Positions 12,935-26,020 are shown, counted from the stretch's first letter. The stretch: 64,000 bases of DNA from Eledone cirrhosa (GCA_964016885.1 OZ024758.1:23622001-23686000); one strand, 5' to 3'. The notes: a model not told the origin generated them from the sequence alone. Translations and numbers: made by a program.

Positions 12935-13125
12935 CCTGTTATTTTTCTCTAAAAACAATTTTCCAATTCCACCCTGCCCATCCCTTCAATCTTTCTAATT
13001 TCTCATTCTTTCTTCTGACGAAGGATCAGCGTCCGAAACGTTAAGACTCTCTTCCTGCTATTTCAAGTGTTAACCTAATGTATTCCTTCGATATACTGTA
13101 CCGATTGTGTTGTTATTTCTCTTTG
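12935..13125 (+). mobile_element. Hammerhead-bearing repeat, probable Penelope-like pLTR fragment (second copy ~45890-46075)
   Basis: The two copies share ccaattccaccc..tcccttcaatct...ctgtaccgattgtgttgttatttct; both end at (CA)n/(TG)n tracts. Confidence 0.6.
13011..13046 (+). ncRNA. Minimal type I hammerhead ribozyme motif
   Basis: TCTT CTGACGA A GGA tcagcg TCC GAAAC GTT AAGA: stem I TCTT/AAGA, core, 3-bp stem II, palindromic AACGTT in place of stem III. Confidence 0.7.
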
Positions 13126-13146
13126 CTTTTTACACACATACACACA

Positions 13147-13221
<75 letters not shown>

Positions 13222-13274
13222 ATGTATATATATAAAAATTGAATTTTCAAAGATTTTTCTTTAATTCTTTTCAG

Positions 13275-13361
13275 GTATTTAAACTGCAAGTAATCCATTC
13301 ACCTCATGATTCCTGGTTTGTCTTTCGTCGTTACACAGACTTTGTTCAATTATCAGATAAG
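13275..13361 (+). CDS. SNX16: Sorting nexin 16, internal coding exon (PX domain, first exon found in window)
   Basis: Flanks tttcag|GTATTT...GATAAG|gtaaga; 87 nt; translates VFKLQVIHSPHDSWFVFRRYTDFVQLSDK, containing the PX RRY motif and matching recalled SNX16 VYKILV..SWVVFRRYTDFSRLNDK. No upstream exons found in 1-13274. Confidence 0.93.
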
Positions 13362-13927
13362 GTAAGATTTGATGACCCAATTCACAAAACTCATTAAGCT
13401 AAACATGTAAATACCTTTAAACAACTAAGAATCTTTAACATTAATAATCTCTAACATCTGTAAACATTTAGATTTTCTTAATATTTAAATTTTATTCGCT
13501 TTTAAAAAAAAAATTTTTTTTTTTAATACTCAAATAATACCAAATTAGGTTTTGTTAATTTTATTCTTTATTCATTTTATCAAATTATTACATTTTTCTT
13601 TATTCTTTTATTTCATACTTTCAAATTTATTAACAGTTTAAAGATGTAGCTATATTCTGAAAATATTCTTTAAATATAATTTCACCACATTTCAAAAGTA
13701 AATATATCTCTGCTACTCAATGTGATAGGGCCCCACATCCCCCAATGTTTGCTCTACAAAAATGTTTTCTATTTATGTTATAAATAACAACAACAACAAC
13801 AACGTAAAAAACTCTTCAGACCAAAACGATCGTTATACACAGACAGAGAAGGCTGGGAACCTAAATAATAATATGAACTACTTGTACAGAATGTGTATAT
13901 AAACCATGAATCTTCTGAACCAACTAT

Positions 13928-13958
<31 letters not shown>

Positions 13959-14108
13959 GTGTGTGTATATATATATGTGGATGTATGTGTATGTATGTAT
14001 GTATGTGTATGTATATATATATGTATGTGGATGTATGTATATATATATGTAGATGTATATATATATGTGGATATATACATATATATATGTATATATATAT
14101 ATGTATAT

Positions 14109-14142
<34 letters not shown>

Positions 14143-14267
14143 GTGGATATATACATATATATATGTATATATATATATATGTAGATGTATATATATATGT
14201 AGATGTATATATATATATATATATATGTGGATATATACATATATATATGCATGTATATATGTATGTG

Positions 14268-14299
<32 letters not shown>

Positions 14300-14427
14300 T
14301 ATATGTGGATATATACATATATATATGTATGTATATATATATATATATATGTATGTATATATATATATATATATGTGGATATATACATATATATATGTAT
14401 GTATATATATATATATGTATGTATATG
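13928..14427. repeat. (TA)/(TG) compound microsatellite; similar tracts at 15036-15425 and 28410-28800
   Basis: Seen directly. Confidence 0.95.
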
Positions 14428-15035
14428 TCAGGTCCCCAGTTGGTGCTACTGGTAACATGTATCCCAGTACAACCTGTCTCATGGTCGGGTCGTTGGCGAC
14501 TAAACTGGCAACCCCACCAAGGTTGCTTGGTGAGGAGGGTGACTTTGGACATCCTGCAGGACTAAAAACAAAACCTGTCAAAGGGCAAAGGAGCTCTTAA
14601 GAGTCAATGGCCATCCAAAATCACCGGGAGAGATGACCCCTTAGCCTTTGTCAAGGCAGAATTCTAGGAGAAGGAAAACTCTGATATAACACCTGCAACT
14701 CTGATGGTATCCAATGATGTTGACTTGTTCTTCTTTTTGGTAAATATCATCTTGGTTAAGAGAGTGGGACTGGCTTTGTGCAGTGCCTTTGCTCACTATA
14801 AAAGCTTCACGGCACAGGCATTGCTTTATATCTGGAGATCTCTCTGCACTTGTCGTGACATGGTACCATGGGCCCAGCACTATGTGTCAATAATTGTCAC
14901 AAGTGTAGTGTTTGTACCCGAGTTTTCAAGTCGCTGGCTGGACTGAAAAGTCACACTCGTTTAGCGCATCAGTAGGGGTTCTCCTACATGGATATAAAGT
15001 AGTGGCCGTACTCGAAAACGAGTTGGCAGCCACCA
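14428..15035 (-). mobile_element. Non-coding ~600-bp element embedded in CATA/TA microsatellite; second, 3'-truncated copy 7769-8150 (+)
   Basis: Both copies start at cat|GGTGGCTGCCAACTCG immediately after CATA-type repeats and are highly similar over ~380 bp. Confidence 0.75.
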
Positions 15036-15219
15036 TGTATGTATATATATATATATATGTGGATATATACATATATATATGTATGTATATATATATATAT
15101 ATATGTATGTATATATATATATGTGGATATATACATATATGTATGTATATATATATATATATATGTGGATATATACATATATATATGTATGTATATATAT
15201 ATATGTATGTGTATGTATG

Positions 15220-15250
<31 letters not shown>

Positions 15251-15312
15251 ACACAATACACACACACACACACATGATTTTACATCCGCTTTTCCCTGCT
15301 TGCAAGGGTGTG

Positions 15313-15426
<114 letters not shown>

Positions 15427-17399
15427 GAAACATTTTTTAGTAAACTCGTAATGATGAAAATGATGATGATGATGTGTCCCTCTGAAGGATGTTTTACATA
15501 ACTGACGCCCTTCTCTCCAACTTACACAAGAGCTGAGAAAGAGACAGACATAGCGACACATATTTCTCTTTTGTTCTTACGTATTAAAAAATATCCTCAC
15601 GTGTTGCATTACTATAGACCTGAAGGTCTCAAAGTGGGTGCAATGCCCCCCTCCCCCCCCCCCCCCCTCCCCATATATATATGGAGGCACATGGCTTAGT
15701 GGTTAGAGCATTGGGCTTGCAATCGAAAGGTTGTGAGTTCAATTCTCAGACCGGGTGTTGTATTGTTTCCTTGAGCAAGACATTTTATTTCACATTGCTC
15801 CAGTTTACTCAGCTGTAGAAATGAGATGATAGGGACTGGGGTCCCTATCATTCCACTGCAAAGTGGCCGTGGAGGTGCCATGGCAAAAAAGCACCCAGCA
15901 CTCACTGTAAATGAGGTTGGTGTTAGGAAGGGCATCCAGCTGTAGAAATCAAGCCAGAATCAGTTCCCGTCCCACCCTTGTAAGCAGGGAAAAGCGGACG
16001 TAAAAGGATGATGATGATGATGATATATAATATATATTATATATATGTATAGTTAGTTCCACAACAAATTAGCCAACTCTACTCGAGAATGCACGTTTCA
16101 TCGAATAGATTTTCAATCTTTGTATGGCTGCAGTGAAAATCCGTTTGGTGAAACTCGTGTCCTCGAGTATGGTTTGCTAATTTGTTATGGAACTAACTAT
16201 ATACCGAACTCGTCCTTTGGACTGAGTGCTCTACTTACTACGGATATAACCTTTTGTTTTTTTACCAATATATATATACATGTATTCTATACATACATAT
16301 GTTCTATACATGTGCTCTACATACTCAACTCCGAGCTAGTCTTAATACCATATGTACCCTATGAAATCTTTAACCTCTCCCTATTTACAGATTGCTCAAC
16401 TTGAGGTAAGGTTGCCGTCCTACTTGGTTTCATTAAACTGCACCTAGTTTCTTAATGACACCTACCTACCTTTAATCATATTCAATCTTCCCCCTAGTTT
16501 CTTCATGACACCTACCTACCTTTAATCATATTCAATACAGATTTACCCAGCTTTTGACAGTTTTTTTTTTTACCCTTCTTTCATTTATCACTTTAACTTT
16601 TCACATAGTGAAGGATTTTATCTTACTAATCAGCTATTAAGTTAATATCATTCAAAGAAAAGACATTGCTTTATCATCATCACCATAATTGTCATCATCA
16701 CCATAATTGTCATCATCACCATCAGTTGTAGCAGTAGCTGTCTGATGTTCCATTCTTGCATGGGTTGGAAATGGATCATTACAGACCAAGTCGGTACTCA
16801 ATCAAAACTATTGGCCCCTTAGACTGGTTGGGGAGGAATATATCTTAGTGAGTGAGTAGAGGTTACAGTGTTGGTTGGAGGTTGGACAGAGAACTGCAGG
16901 AGGAGTGTAAAGAGAAGGAGAGTAAGAGATGGACATGGGTTGGGTGGGAGTGAATGGTAGGACTATGGTGGTTTAATAAGGGAGGATGATGGTCAGGGCA
17001 CTGAACGTGGGTAGGGCAGACACCCAGCCTTATGGTAATGTCTTCAGGTGGCAGATAGGTGATGGCTAGGGAGGTGATGATGGTCAGGGTACTGAATGTG
17101 GGTAGGGCAGACACCCAGCCTTATGGTAATGTCTTCAGGTGGCAGATAGGTGATGGCTAGAGGGGTGATGATGGTCAGGGCACTGAACATGGGTAGGGCA
17201 GACACCCAGCCTTAGGGTAATGTCTTCAGATAGGTAGTGGATATATGGTGATGATGGGAGAGCTACAATGATAATGATGATGAGAATAGTAACAAAATGA
17301 TGAAGGATCGAGTCTGGACAGTCCACATGTCACACCTTGTTACATGGTAGCAGTGTACAGAGGATACATTAGATGTGTGAGGGATGTAAGGGTGTAGAG

Positions 17400-18101
17400 C
17401 AGGCATGTCAAACTGAGGGTCCCATGAGGGCCACATTGGTCACATATGTGTTGTCTGAGGGCCACATGTGTGTTGTCTGAGGGCCACATGGGTCACATGT
17501 GTGTTGTCTGAGGGCCACATGGGTCACACACGTGTTGTCTGAGGGCCACATGGGTCACACATGTGTTGTCTGAGGGCCACATAGGTCACACATGTGTTGT
17601 CCGAGGGCCACATGGGTCACACATGTGTTGTCCGAGGGCCACATGGGTCACACGTGTTGTCTGAGGGTCACATGGGTCACACGTGTTGTCTGAGGGCCAC
17701 ATGGGTCACATGTGTTGTCTGAGGGCCACATGGGTCACACACATGTTGTCTGAGGGCCACATGGGTCACACACATGTTGTCTGAGGGCCACATGGGTCAC
17801 ACGTGTTGTCTGAGGGCCACATGGGTCACACGTGTTGTCTGAGGGCCACATGGGTCACATGTGTTGTCTGAGGGCCACACATGACAACTAATTGCACACA
17901 TTACAACTAATTTTTAAAATTTTATATTACGAAGATAAAACATGCTCGCGCTGTAAAAACCTTTGTGTGGGTCCCAGGTGTGCTTGTAAAGGGTCCCAGG
18001 TGTGCTTGTCAAGGGCTGCAGGTGTGCTTGTCAAGGGCTGCAGGTGTGCTTGTCAAGGGCTGCAGGTGTGCTTGTAAAGGGCCGCATGTTGGACACGCCT
18101 G
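17400..18101. mobile_element. hAT-type MITE with an internal 30-32 bp minisatellite
   Basis: Perfect 8-bp TSD GTGTAGAG; ends CAGGCATGTCAAAC / GTTGGACACGCCTG. Confidence 0.9.
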
Positions 18102-21100
18102 GTGTAGAGGATAGAGCAGTAGATGGAGAGGGATAGTGGAGTTATTGGGAACATATCGGGCACCTTGTTTATATTGGTTGACAAGTCATCTCTGGTATTG
18201 CATGTCGCCCACTATCGTGGTCCTTTGTCATATCTGCCATGAGGTTCAGCTTCTTGAGGTTAATTTTCATCACTTTATCCTATATCTTTCTGGGTTTACC
18301 TTTTCTATTGGTCCCATCCAATGAGGGTGTCTGACACATTATGCAGCTGTCATCTTTCATACACATTACATGTCCATACCAGCGCAATCTTCTCTCTTGC
18401 ACACTACATGTAATTCCTCCTTTTACCTTATTTTTTCTTGTTTTCCTTCAGTTCATTCATGCGTTATTGCTCATACACACTAACATTAGACATTGTTATT
18501 AGTACAGTGAAATAAAGGGTGGCAGATTGGCAGTATGTTAGACACCATACTTTGCAGCATAGAGTTATGGCCCTTTCTGTTCTGAGTTCAAATCCCGCCG
18601 AGGTTAGCTTTGCCTTTCATCCTTATGGGGTGGGTGGGGTGTGGGTGTCGATAAATAAAGTACCAGTAATGTACTGGGCTCGATTTAGTTGATTTTCCCT
18701 TCCCCTAAAAATTGTTGACCTTGTGCCTAAAGTAGAAACAATTATGAAGCGAAGGGTGGTGGATTGGTAAGTATTGGTAGGGAGTCGGACAACATGTTTT
18801 GTGGCATTTAGTTACGGTCCTTTAGGATCAGAGTTCAAATCTTGCCCAAGTGAGCTTTGTCTTTCATTCTTATGAGGTCGATAAAACAGTGAACTGGGGT
18901 CGATTTAATCAACTTTGCCCTTACCCCAAATTAAAAAAAAACATTAACCCTTTAATGTTCAAACCGGCCAAAACCAGCCAGAATTCTCTACCTTTTTCTG
19001 TTGAAACTGGCTGTAACTGGTCACTCAAACTGATGTTAAGGTATTGTTCTTAAAATAAATACTTTCAAAATCTCATAGATTCGATATTATGTGAGATAAT
19101 TATGCGAGGTAAAGCCTTTACCATGAAAATATAATAGTATATATAGAGTAATGTGAATGCTAAAGGGTTAAGCAACTATATTGAAGTTCTCTTATTGGGT
19201 TTTTATTCAGTTTATTTCTCAACCAGACTGAGCACTTGAGCTATATTTCGGTTCATATTGTAACACAACTATGTATCACAGTTTGTCTTTTGTGCATGTT
19301 TTGTTTTCTTCTGTTATTCTAAATCTTTCTTGCTTTAGACAACACTCAAGTTAGTTTGTGCTTATTTATCTATTTATATCTTTGAGGTGACTTTTTCCGG
19401 TCAATTTTATGAGCCTACATTTCCATGACATGGAAGAGAGCGTTTGTAAGTTAACACAAAAACCAGTGTTTTTATCGTGACACCATCACTAGGTGTTGAT
19501 GTCAACCAAGACTCAGAGAGACTCCACCCACCCTCATTAAGAGAGGCTATCCTATCCTGCGTCAGATCTTAACTTGGTACTTTAACCTTCGCGGTTAACT
19601 TGGTGGAGAAAAATATCTCATGTTGATGCATCGTCTAAAGATCTATTTACATATCACTTGCACACTTGACAAAATGAAAAGTATCACTCAGTTTTGTCTC
19701 ATACTTAACCATAGTCTTCTTTTGAATTTTTAAATTTACTTCCTCATTTATAATAGAATTTTATATTTCTAAAATTACAAAAATATAATTCCATAGATTT
19801 TAATTTGGCCAGAGTGGAGAAAAACAAAACAAACAAACAAAACAACAAAACAAAATAAAACAATAAAAACATGAAACAAATTTCTAAATAACCAATATAC
19901 GAACCATGGTGAAATTTCCTTTTTGAACTTCTACCATCCTATGTATTATTCACCTAAGCCTCACTTTGTCACCTTAACCCCTTAGCATTTACATTACTCT
20001 ATATATTCTATTATATTTTCATGGTAAAGGCTTTACCTCACATAATATAAAATGTATGAGATTTTGATATTATTTATTTTGAGAACAATACCATAACATC
20101 AGTATGAACAGCCAGTTACAACTGGTTTGAACAAAAAGAGGTGAGAGAATTCTGACTGGACATGGCCAGTTTATATGCTAAAGTGTTAATACATTAGTAA
20201 AGAGCAAGGGTAATGGTGGATAAAGGTATTGGATTACCAGCTCATGGCAGATTTTGTGTATGCATTTCTTTGTATCTCTAGGACAATTCTAAATGCCTCA
20301 GTGTATCTATCTAACTCTTGGATATAGCTAACTGGACTTATTATTCTGTTTATTTAGGGGTGATTGTACATTAGTGGCAGACACTGAAACTCCTCAGAGC
20401 TGGCTTCAGCAACAGACTATGTTCATCACATGTCCAAACCATGTATATAATGGCAGATACTATATGTAGGTTTGGATGGGTTGGTTGGAAATAATATTTT
20501 ACAGCCAGATAAGACCCCTTTCTTGATGCCAACCCTTTTAGTTGCTTCTTATAAAACACAATTTAATTTTGTTTTGCTGTGTAGGTGATCTTTGGATAAT
20601 GTTTTCTATGAAACTCATGATATGAAGTTTGTTGTTTTTTGCTGCTTTATAGTTTGTTGTGCTTCATTGTGAAGATATTGGTTCAACCAAGTCTTAACCC
20701 TTTAGCATTTACATTACTGTTCTGTGGGTTTATATGCCCCATTATTAGACTGATATTTAGTCAAATGTTATGGCAAAGCTTTATATTTTTATTCGAAGGT
20801 AATGATTTGTGTGTTTCTTTAACCCATTACCATTTACATTACTCTATATATACTATTGTATTCTTACAGTAAAGGCTTTACCTCACATAATTATCTCACA
20901 TAATATCAAATATATGAGATTTTGATATTATTTATTTTGAGAACAATACCTTAATATCAGTATGAGTGGCCAGTTACAACTGGTTTGAACAGAAAGTGGT
21001 GAGAGAATTCTGACTGGATATGGCCGGTTTAAATGCTAAAGGGTTAAATAAACCATAGTTGATCCTGTGTATTTGAAAACTAATGTTGCCATGTTTGGCA

Positions 21101-21402
21101 CATTGTGTGTGTTTATGTATCATTTGGATTTCTTTACTAACTCTTCTACATGTTGTAGGAGGTGTTATATAAGGTATGTAATTGCTAGTATGTTTGTCTT
21201 CTGTTTCTATGGTATGTTAATACTGTTGAGTGTGATAGTTTCATTTGCTGTCTTCTGCTGTTGCTGATAAGGAAGAATATGGTGGATTTGGTTGATGCTA
21301 TTTTAATCCTTTTCTTACCAAACTGCCTGAAAATACCCATGGTTCTATGATGAAAAACCATCAGATTTAAAGTGTTTATGTTTAAATTTAAACCCTCTAG
21401 TA

Positions 21403-21831
21403 CAGGGGTGTGCAACATATTCCATTGGCGGGCCACTTTGGAACATTGGAACAACTATTAGGGCCATTGATATTTATTAAGCACTATTCCAAAGATTCAC
21501 CACAACTTCTTTTCATAAGATGGAACTGGGAAATTATAACACACGTAACCCTATTAGTAAAGCCCTTTAGTTTAGGTCAACTGGGAAATTATAACACACG
21601 TAACCCTATTAGTGAAGCCCTTTAGTATAGGTCAACTGGGAAATTATAACACATGTAACCCTATTAGTGAAGCCCTTTAGTATAGGTCAACTAACAGAAA
21701 ATTGTATCACGGTTACGAAAATAATTCTAAATAAGGCTACAAGGTAAAAATTAAAAAACGGTCATCGCAGGCCACTCTGACTGGTCCGAGGGCTGGACTG
21801 TGGCTCATGGGCCGCCTCTTGCATGCCTCTG
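21403..21831. mobile_element. hAT-type MITE with three internal 55-bp repeats
   Basis: Perfect 8-bp TSD CTCTAGTA; CAGGGGTGTGCAA / TTGCATGCCTCTG. Confidence 0.85.
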
Positions 21832-22913
21832 CTCTAGTATGATTTTATCTAAGTACCTTCAGTTCCAAACATGCCCCAAGAAAGGTTTTATTCCCAACAC
21901 ATCAAGTCAATGCGACACATATCTTTAAACAGTGACCTTATTATTTACAGTAGCAAATTATATTTCTCTTCCATGTCAGTTATTTAAAAGCTTGCTGAAC
22001 CTGGTTATTAAGAATTCAATGTATCTGTCAGAAACACAACACAACACACCTTTCACAGGATACAAAATGTTGACATTGTGACTGACTGTCCATCATTCCA
22101 TCTTAATGTTAACCCTTTTCATATCTAACTACCCCAAACCACCCTATATTTATGTTACAAAACTGTCCATTTTAAAATCTTTATCCTTATATTGAAACCT
22201 TCCATTATAATTTTATTTTATAACATTTTTTGTTAAGTAATGTTCTAAATATCAGCTTACAGATGAAAAAACTTAGTTGTCTTGTTAAATTGTTCCAAAA
22301 TAAAACACAGTTTATTTCATTAGAAATCCAACAATGAAATGGTTGGTGGGAGTCTTTCTTGCTTATATGGGGTCATTTAGAATTCATAAGGTAATAAACT
22401 ACATTGAAAAAAAATACTGCAGTTTTGATTTGCATTGGAATTGAACTGAAGTCAGTGAATTTGAAGAAGCAGAAGTCATTGTTTGTAGTAACAATTGAAG
22501 AGGCAAAATAAGCACAGAACATTAACCCTTTAGCATTTACATTACTATATATATACTATTGTGTTTTCATGGTAAAGACTTTACCTCATAATATTGAAGC
22601 TATGAGATTTTGATATTGTTTATTTTGTGAACAATATCTTGACGTTGGTATGAGTGGCCAGTTACAGCCAGAGGTGAGAAAGAGGTAGAGAATTCTGGCC
22701 GGATATGGCTGGTTTAAATGAACCTGAAACATTTTGGGAAGAAATTGTATTGGGCAACCTTCTGAATTCTATCAGTGCCTCAAGTCTAAAGTCTGTCTCA
22801 AGCCAGGAGGTTCATCAGGCCGGAGCTTGCTGGACAGGACGCCAGTCAATTGCAGGGTTAAACTCCCAGCTATTGTTAGTACTCATTTCCAGCTGAGTAT
22901 ATTGGAGCATTAG

Positions 22914-23291
22914 AGATATGGTAACAAAAGGGTTAATAATAGATATGGGAACAAAAGGGTTAATAATAGATATAGCAACAAAAGGGTTAATAATAGATAT
23001 GGCAAAAAAAGGGTTAATAATAGATATGGCAAAAAAGGGTTAATAATAGATATGGCAAAAAAAGGGTTAATAATAGATATGGCAACAAAAGGGTTAATAA
23101 TAGATATGGCAACAACAGAGTTAATAATAGATATGGCAACAAAAGGGTTAATAATAGATATGGCAACAAAAGGGTTAATAATAGATATGGCAACAAAAGG
23201 GTTAATAATAGATATGGCAACAAAAGGGTTAATAATAGATATGGTAACAAAAGGGTTAATAATAGATATGGCAACAAAAGGGTTAATAATA
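22914..23291. repeat. 27-bp minisatellite, about 14 units
   Basis: Unit atagatatggcaacaaaagggttaata. Confidence 0.95.
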
Positions 23292-23433
23292 AGGATTTCT
23301 TGGAGTGACTGCTGAAGTCCATGTTGTGATGTTATTGGAAGGAATGGAAGGGGAATGTGAACAGCTTACTCTTAATCAATACTATTTTATAATAAATAAG
23401 CACTAAATTATATTTATTTTTAACTTTTTTCAG

Positions 23434-23582
23434 CTGAAAAATATATTTCCTACGTTTCTAATACCTCTTCCACCAAAACGCTGGTTTGGCGACAACTTTG
23501 ATCGTCACTTTCTTGAAGACAGACAACGAGGTTTACAAGATTTCATCAACAGAATTCTAAGAAATAAAATTCTTTGTGAATG
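23434..23582 (+). CDS. SNX16: SNX16 coding exon (PX domain)
   Basis: tttcag|CTGAAA...GAATG|gtaagt; 149 nt; LKNIFPTFLIPLPPKRWFGDNFDRHFLEDRQRGLQDFINRILRNKILCE; LPPKRWF and FLEDRQ.GLQ are SNX16 motifs; phase continuous with neighbouring exons. Confidence 0.95.
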
Positions 23583-24159
23583 GTAAGTGAAATATCCAAT
23601 TCCCCTATGTTATAACTAGGTTCCATGAGATCCAGAATCATTTGCTTCAGTCAAAATAAAGGAATATGGGTCTTGGTAAAAATTGGTTATAAAAATGTAT
23701 GATAAATGGTGGTGGATTGGCAGAATTGATAGTGTCGAATAAAAATGCTATTGCAGTATTTGTTTTAGCTCTTTACATTCTGTGTTCAAATCCTGCCAAG
23801 GTCAACTTTGTCTGTCATCCTTCCAGGTTCAATAGAATAAAGTACCAGTCAAATACTGGGGTTGATTTAATCAATAAAGTACCAGTCAAGCACTGGGGTT
23901 GATTCAATCAACTCTGTCCTTCCCTCAAATTTGTTTGGCTTGTGTCTAAATTAGAAATTACCGTATACACTCAAATATTAGCTGATATGAATATAAGCTG
24001 GATATTCCCCCTCTCTCATATTATGTCTGAGAAATAGGCAAAAATCCTAACCCTGTTTATAATCAACACATATTGATCTTGAATATAAACCAATCCTCCA
24101 TTTTAACATTGATTTTTTTTTGGTTATATATCCCTTGGCTTATATTTGAGTATATACAG

Positions 24160-24295
24160 TAATATTAAATTAATAAACACAGTAATATTAAATTAATAAA
24201 CACAGTAATATTAAATTAATAAACACAGTAATATTAAATTAATAAACACAGTAATATTAAATTAATAAACACAGTAATATTAAATTAATAAACAC
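24160..24295. repeat. 22-bp tandem repeat, about 6 units
   Basis: Unit cagtaatattaaattaataaac(a). Confidence 0.9.
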
Positions 24296-24400
24296 ACTCT
24301 AACATCAACAATAAGGCCAATGTTAATAGTTTAAATAATTTGTTAATTTGAATAATTTTGATAGTTATTCTAAGTAATATTGTCCTTCTATTATTTTCAG

Positions 24401-24470
24401 TTCACCAGTTAGAGAATTTTTCTGCTTTGATGACCCTCCTGGGCCACATGATAGTCTTGAAGAAAGCCGG
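24401..24470 (+). CDS. SNX16: SNX16 coding exon
   Basis: tttcag|TTCACC...AGCCGG|gtaagt; 70 nt; (C)[23 protein letters not shown], matching SNX16 [21 protein letters not shown]. Confidence 0.95.
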
Positions 24471-24698
24471 GTAAGTTAGATCTTAAGTTGTCAGTGAAAT
24501 ATCATTTAAAAAAATCTTGTGTTCAATATTTTTTAAACATATTCATCACCTGACCCAACTTGCCTCTAATGGGACAACCTGTCTAACCCATGCTAGTGTG
24601 GAAAATCGATGTTAAATAATGATAATGATAATAATGATGATGATGATGTGTGTTTGTTACCCACAAATTAGACATTTCTCTTTTCTCTCTCCTTAAAG

Positions 24699-24835
24699 GC
24701 CTTGTGCGAGTCTCTCGAAGAGCAAACATACAATCTCAAAAAAGAACTAAAAGATAAAGAACACGAGATTGATTTGTTAAAAGCCGAATTGAATTTGTGT
24801 AAATCACAAATTGGAGACTTAAAGAAATTTGAAAA
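24699..24835 (+). CDS. SNX16: SNX16 coding exon (coiled coil)
   Basis: pyrimidine tract, aaag|GCCTTG...GAAAA|gtaagt; 137 nt; ALCESLEEQTYNLKKELKDKEHEIDLLKAELNLCKSQIGDLKKFE, heptad-rich like the SNX16 coiled coil. Confidence 0.93.
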
Positions 24836-25252
24836 GTAAGTATTGGCTTTGTATTGTTATTTCTAGCAACTACCTAGGAGGAGGCATATGGCATAGTGGT
24901 GTTGGACTTATGATCATAAAGTCATGGGTTCAATTCCTGGGCTGGGTTGTGTGTTGTGTTCTTGAGCAAAACACCTCATTTCACGTTGCTCCATAATATT
25001 GTGGGTTCAATTCCTGGGCTGGGTTGTGAATTGGGTTCTTGAGCAAAAAACAGTTTATTTCACATTGCTCCAGTATACTCAGCTGAAAATGAGGACCAGC
25101 AATAGCTGGAGGCTTAACCCTGCGATGGACTGGCATCCTGTCCAGGGGTGGGTCTTGTACTCTCAGTTGCTTTACACCACGAAACTGGGATAAACACCAG
25201 TCTGTTGAGTCTTCTGACTTGAGATGGACTTTCGACTTAGGGAGCAACTGTC

Positions 25253-25826
25253 TTAACCCTTTTGTTTTACCAACCAGCTCTGGTTCTATGAGATAAAACC
25301 ACCCATTTTAAAGGTTTCCAATTTAAATTAAAATCTTCCAACATAATTTTATATGAGAACCTTACATTAAGTTACTGTCTTAGTTATAAAATAATTAATA
25401 ATTTTAGTAAATCCCTCAAAATTCTTCATTAACCCTTTAGCATTTAAACTGGCTGTATTCGGCCAGAATTCTGTCACCTCTTTTTGTTCAAACCGGCTTT
25501 AACTGACCACCCATACTGATGTTAAGGTATTGTTCTCAAAATAAATAATACCAAAAACTCATAAATTCAATATTATATGAGATAAAGCCTTTACCACAAA
25601 AATAGAATATAAATATAGTGTAATGTTAATGCTAAAGGGTTAATTAACTCTTTAGCATTTACATTACTCTCTCTATATATATACTATTGTATTTTCATGA
25701 GTGGCTTGTTACAGCTGGTTTGAACAGAAAAAGGTGACAGAATTCTGGCCGAATACAGCTGGTTTTATGCTAAAGGGTTAATAGAAATAGTGTATTTCAT
25801 TAGAAATGCAGTCATGAAAGGGTTAA
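25253..25826. mobile_element. TTAA MITE family P2 interrupted by two P1 MITEs (25429-25643 -, 25644-25781 +)
   Basis: The uninterrupted P2 copy at 35719-35958 shows the empty site ttcttcaTTAATTAATTAAaatag. Confidence 0.88.
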
Positions 25827-25878
25827 TAACATAAATGATTACTGATTGATTGTTGACATATTTTCTCTCTTGGTTTAG

Positions 25879-26020
25879 GTTACAGATAAGCAGTAAATCT
25901 AGTGACTTAGGGTTATCTCCCCCTAGCCGAAACTGCAGTGGCAGTGAGCATTTATTGAATGAATGTCCAGAAGTTGACCAGAACAATTTTGATCAGCAAG
26001 TTGAAGGAATTAGTCAATAA
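25879..26020 (+). CDS. SNX16: SNX16 last coding exon (acidic/Ser-rich tail, stop TAA 26018-26020)
   Basis: ttttctctcttggtttag|G; open in the phase required by the previous exon: (K)LQISSKSSDLGLSPPSRNCSGSEHLLNECPEVDQNNFDQQVEGISQ*; donor gtaagt at 26023. The tail is not conserved, so support is splice sites plus frame. Confidence 0.75.

Noticed and set aside
1-13274. Search for the upstream SNX16 exons (expected ...GYE.ME.R.KFT)
   Set aside because: No convincing exon found; probably outside the window.
23052-23315. ORF with repeated MATKGLIID
   Set aside because: Translation of the intronic 27-bp minisatellite.
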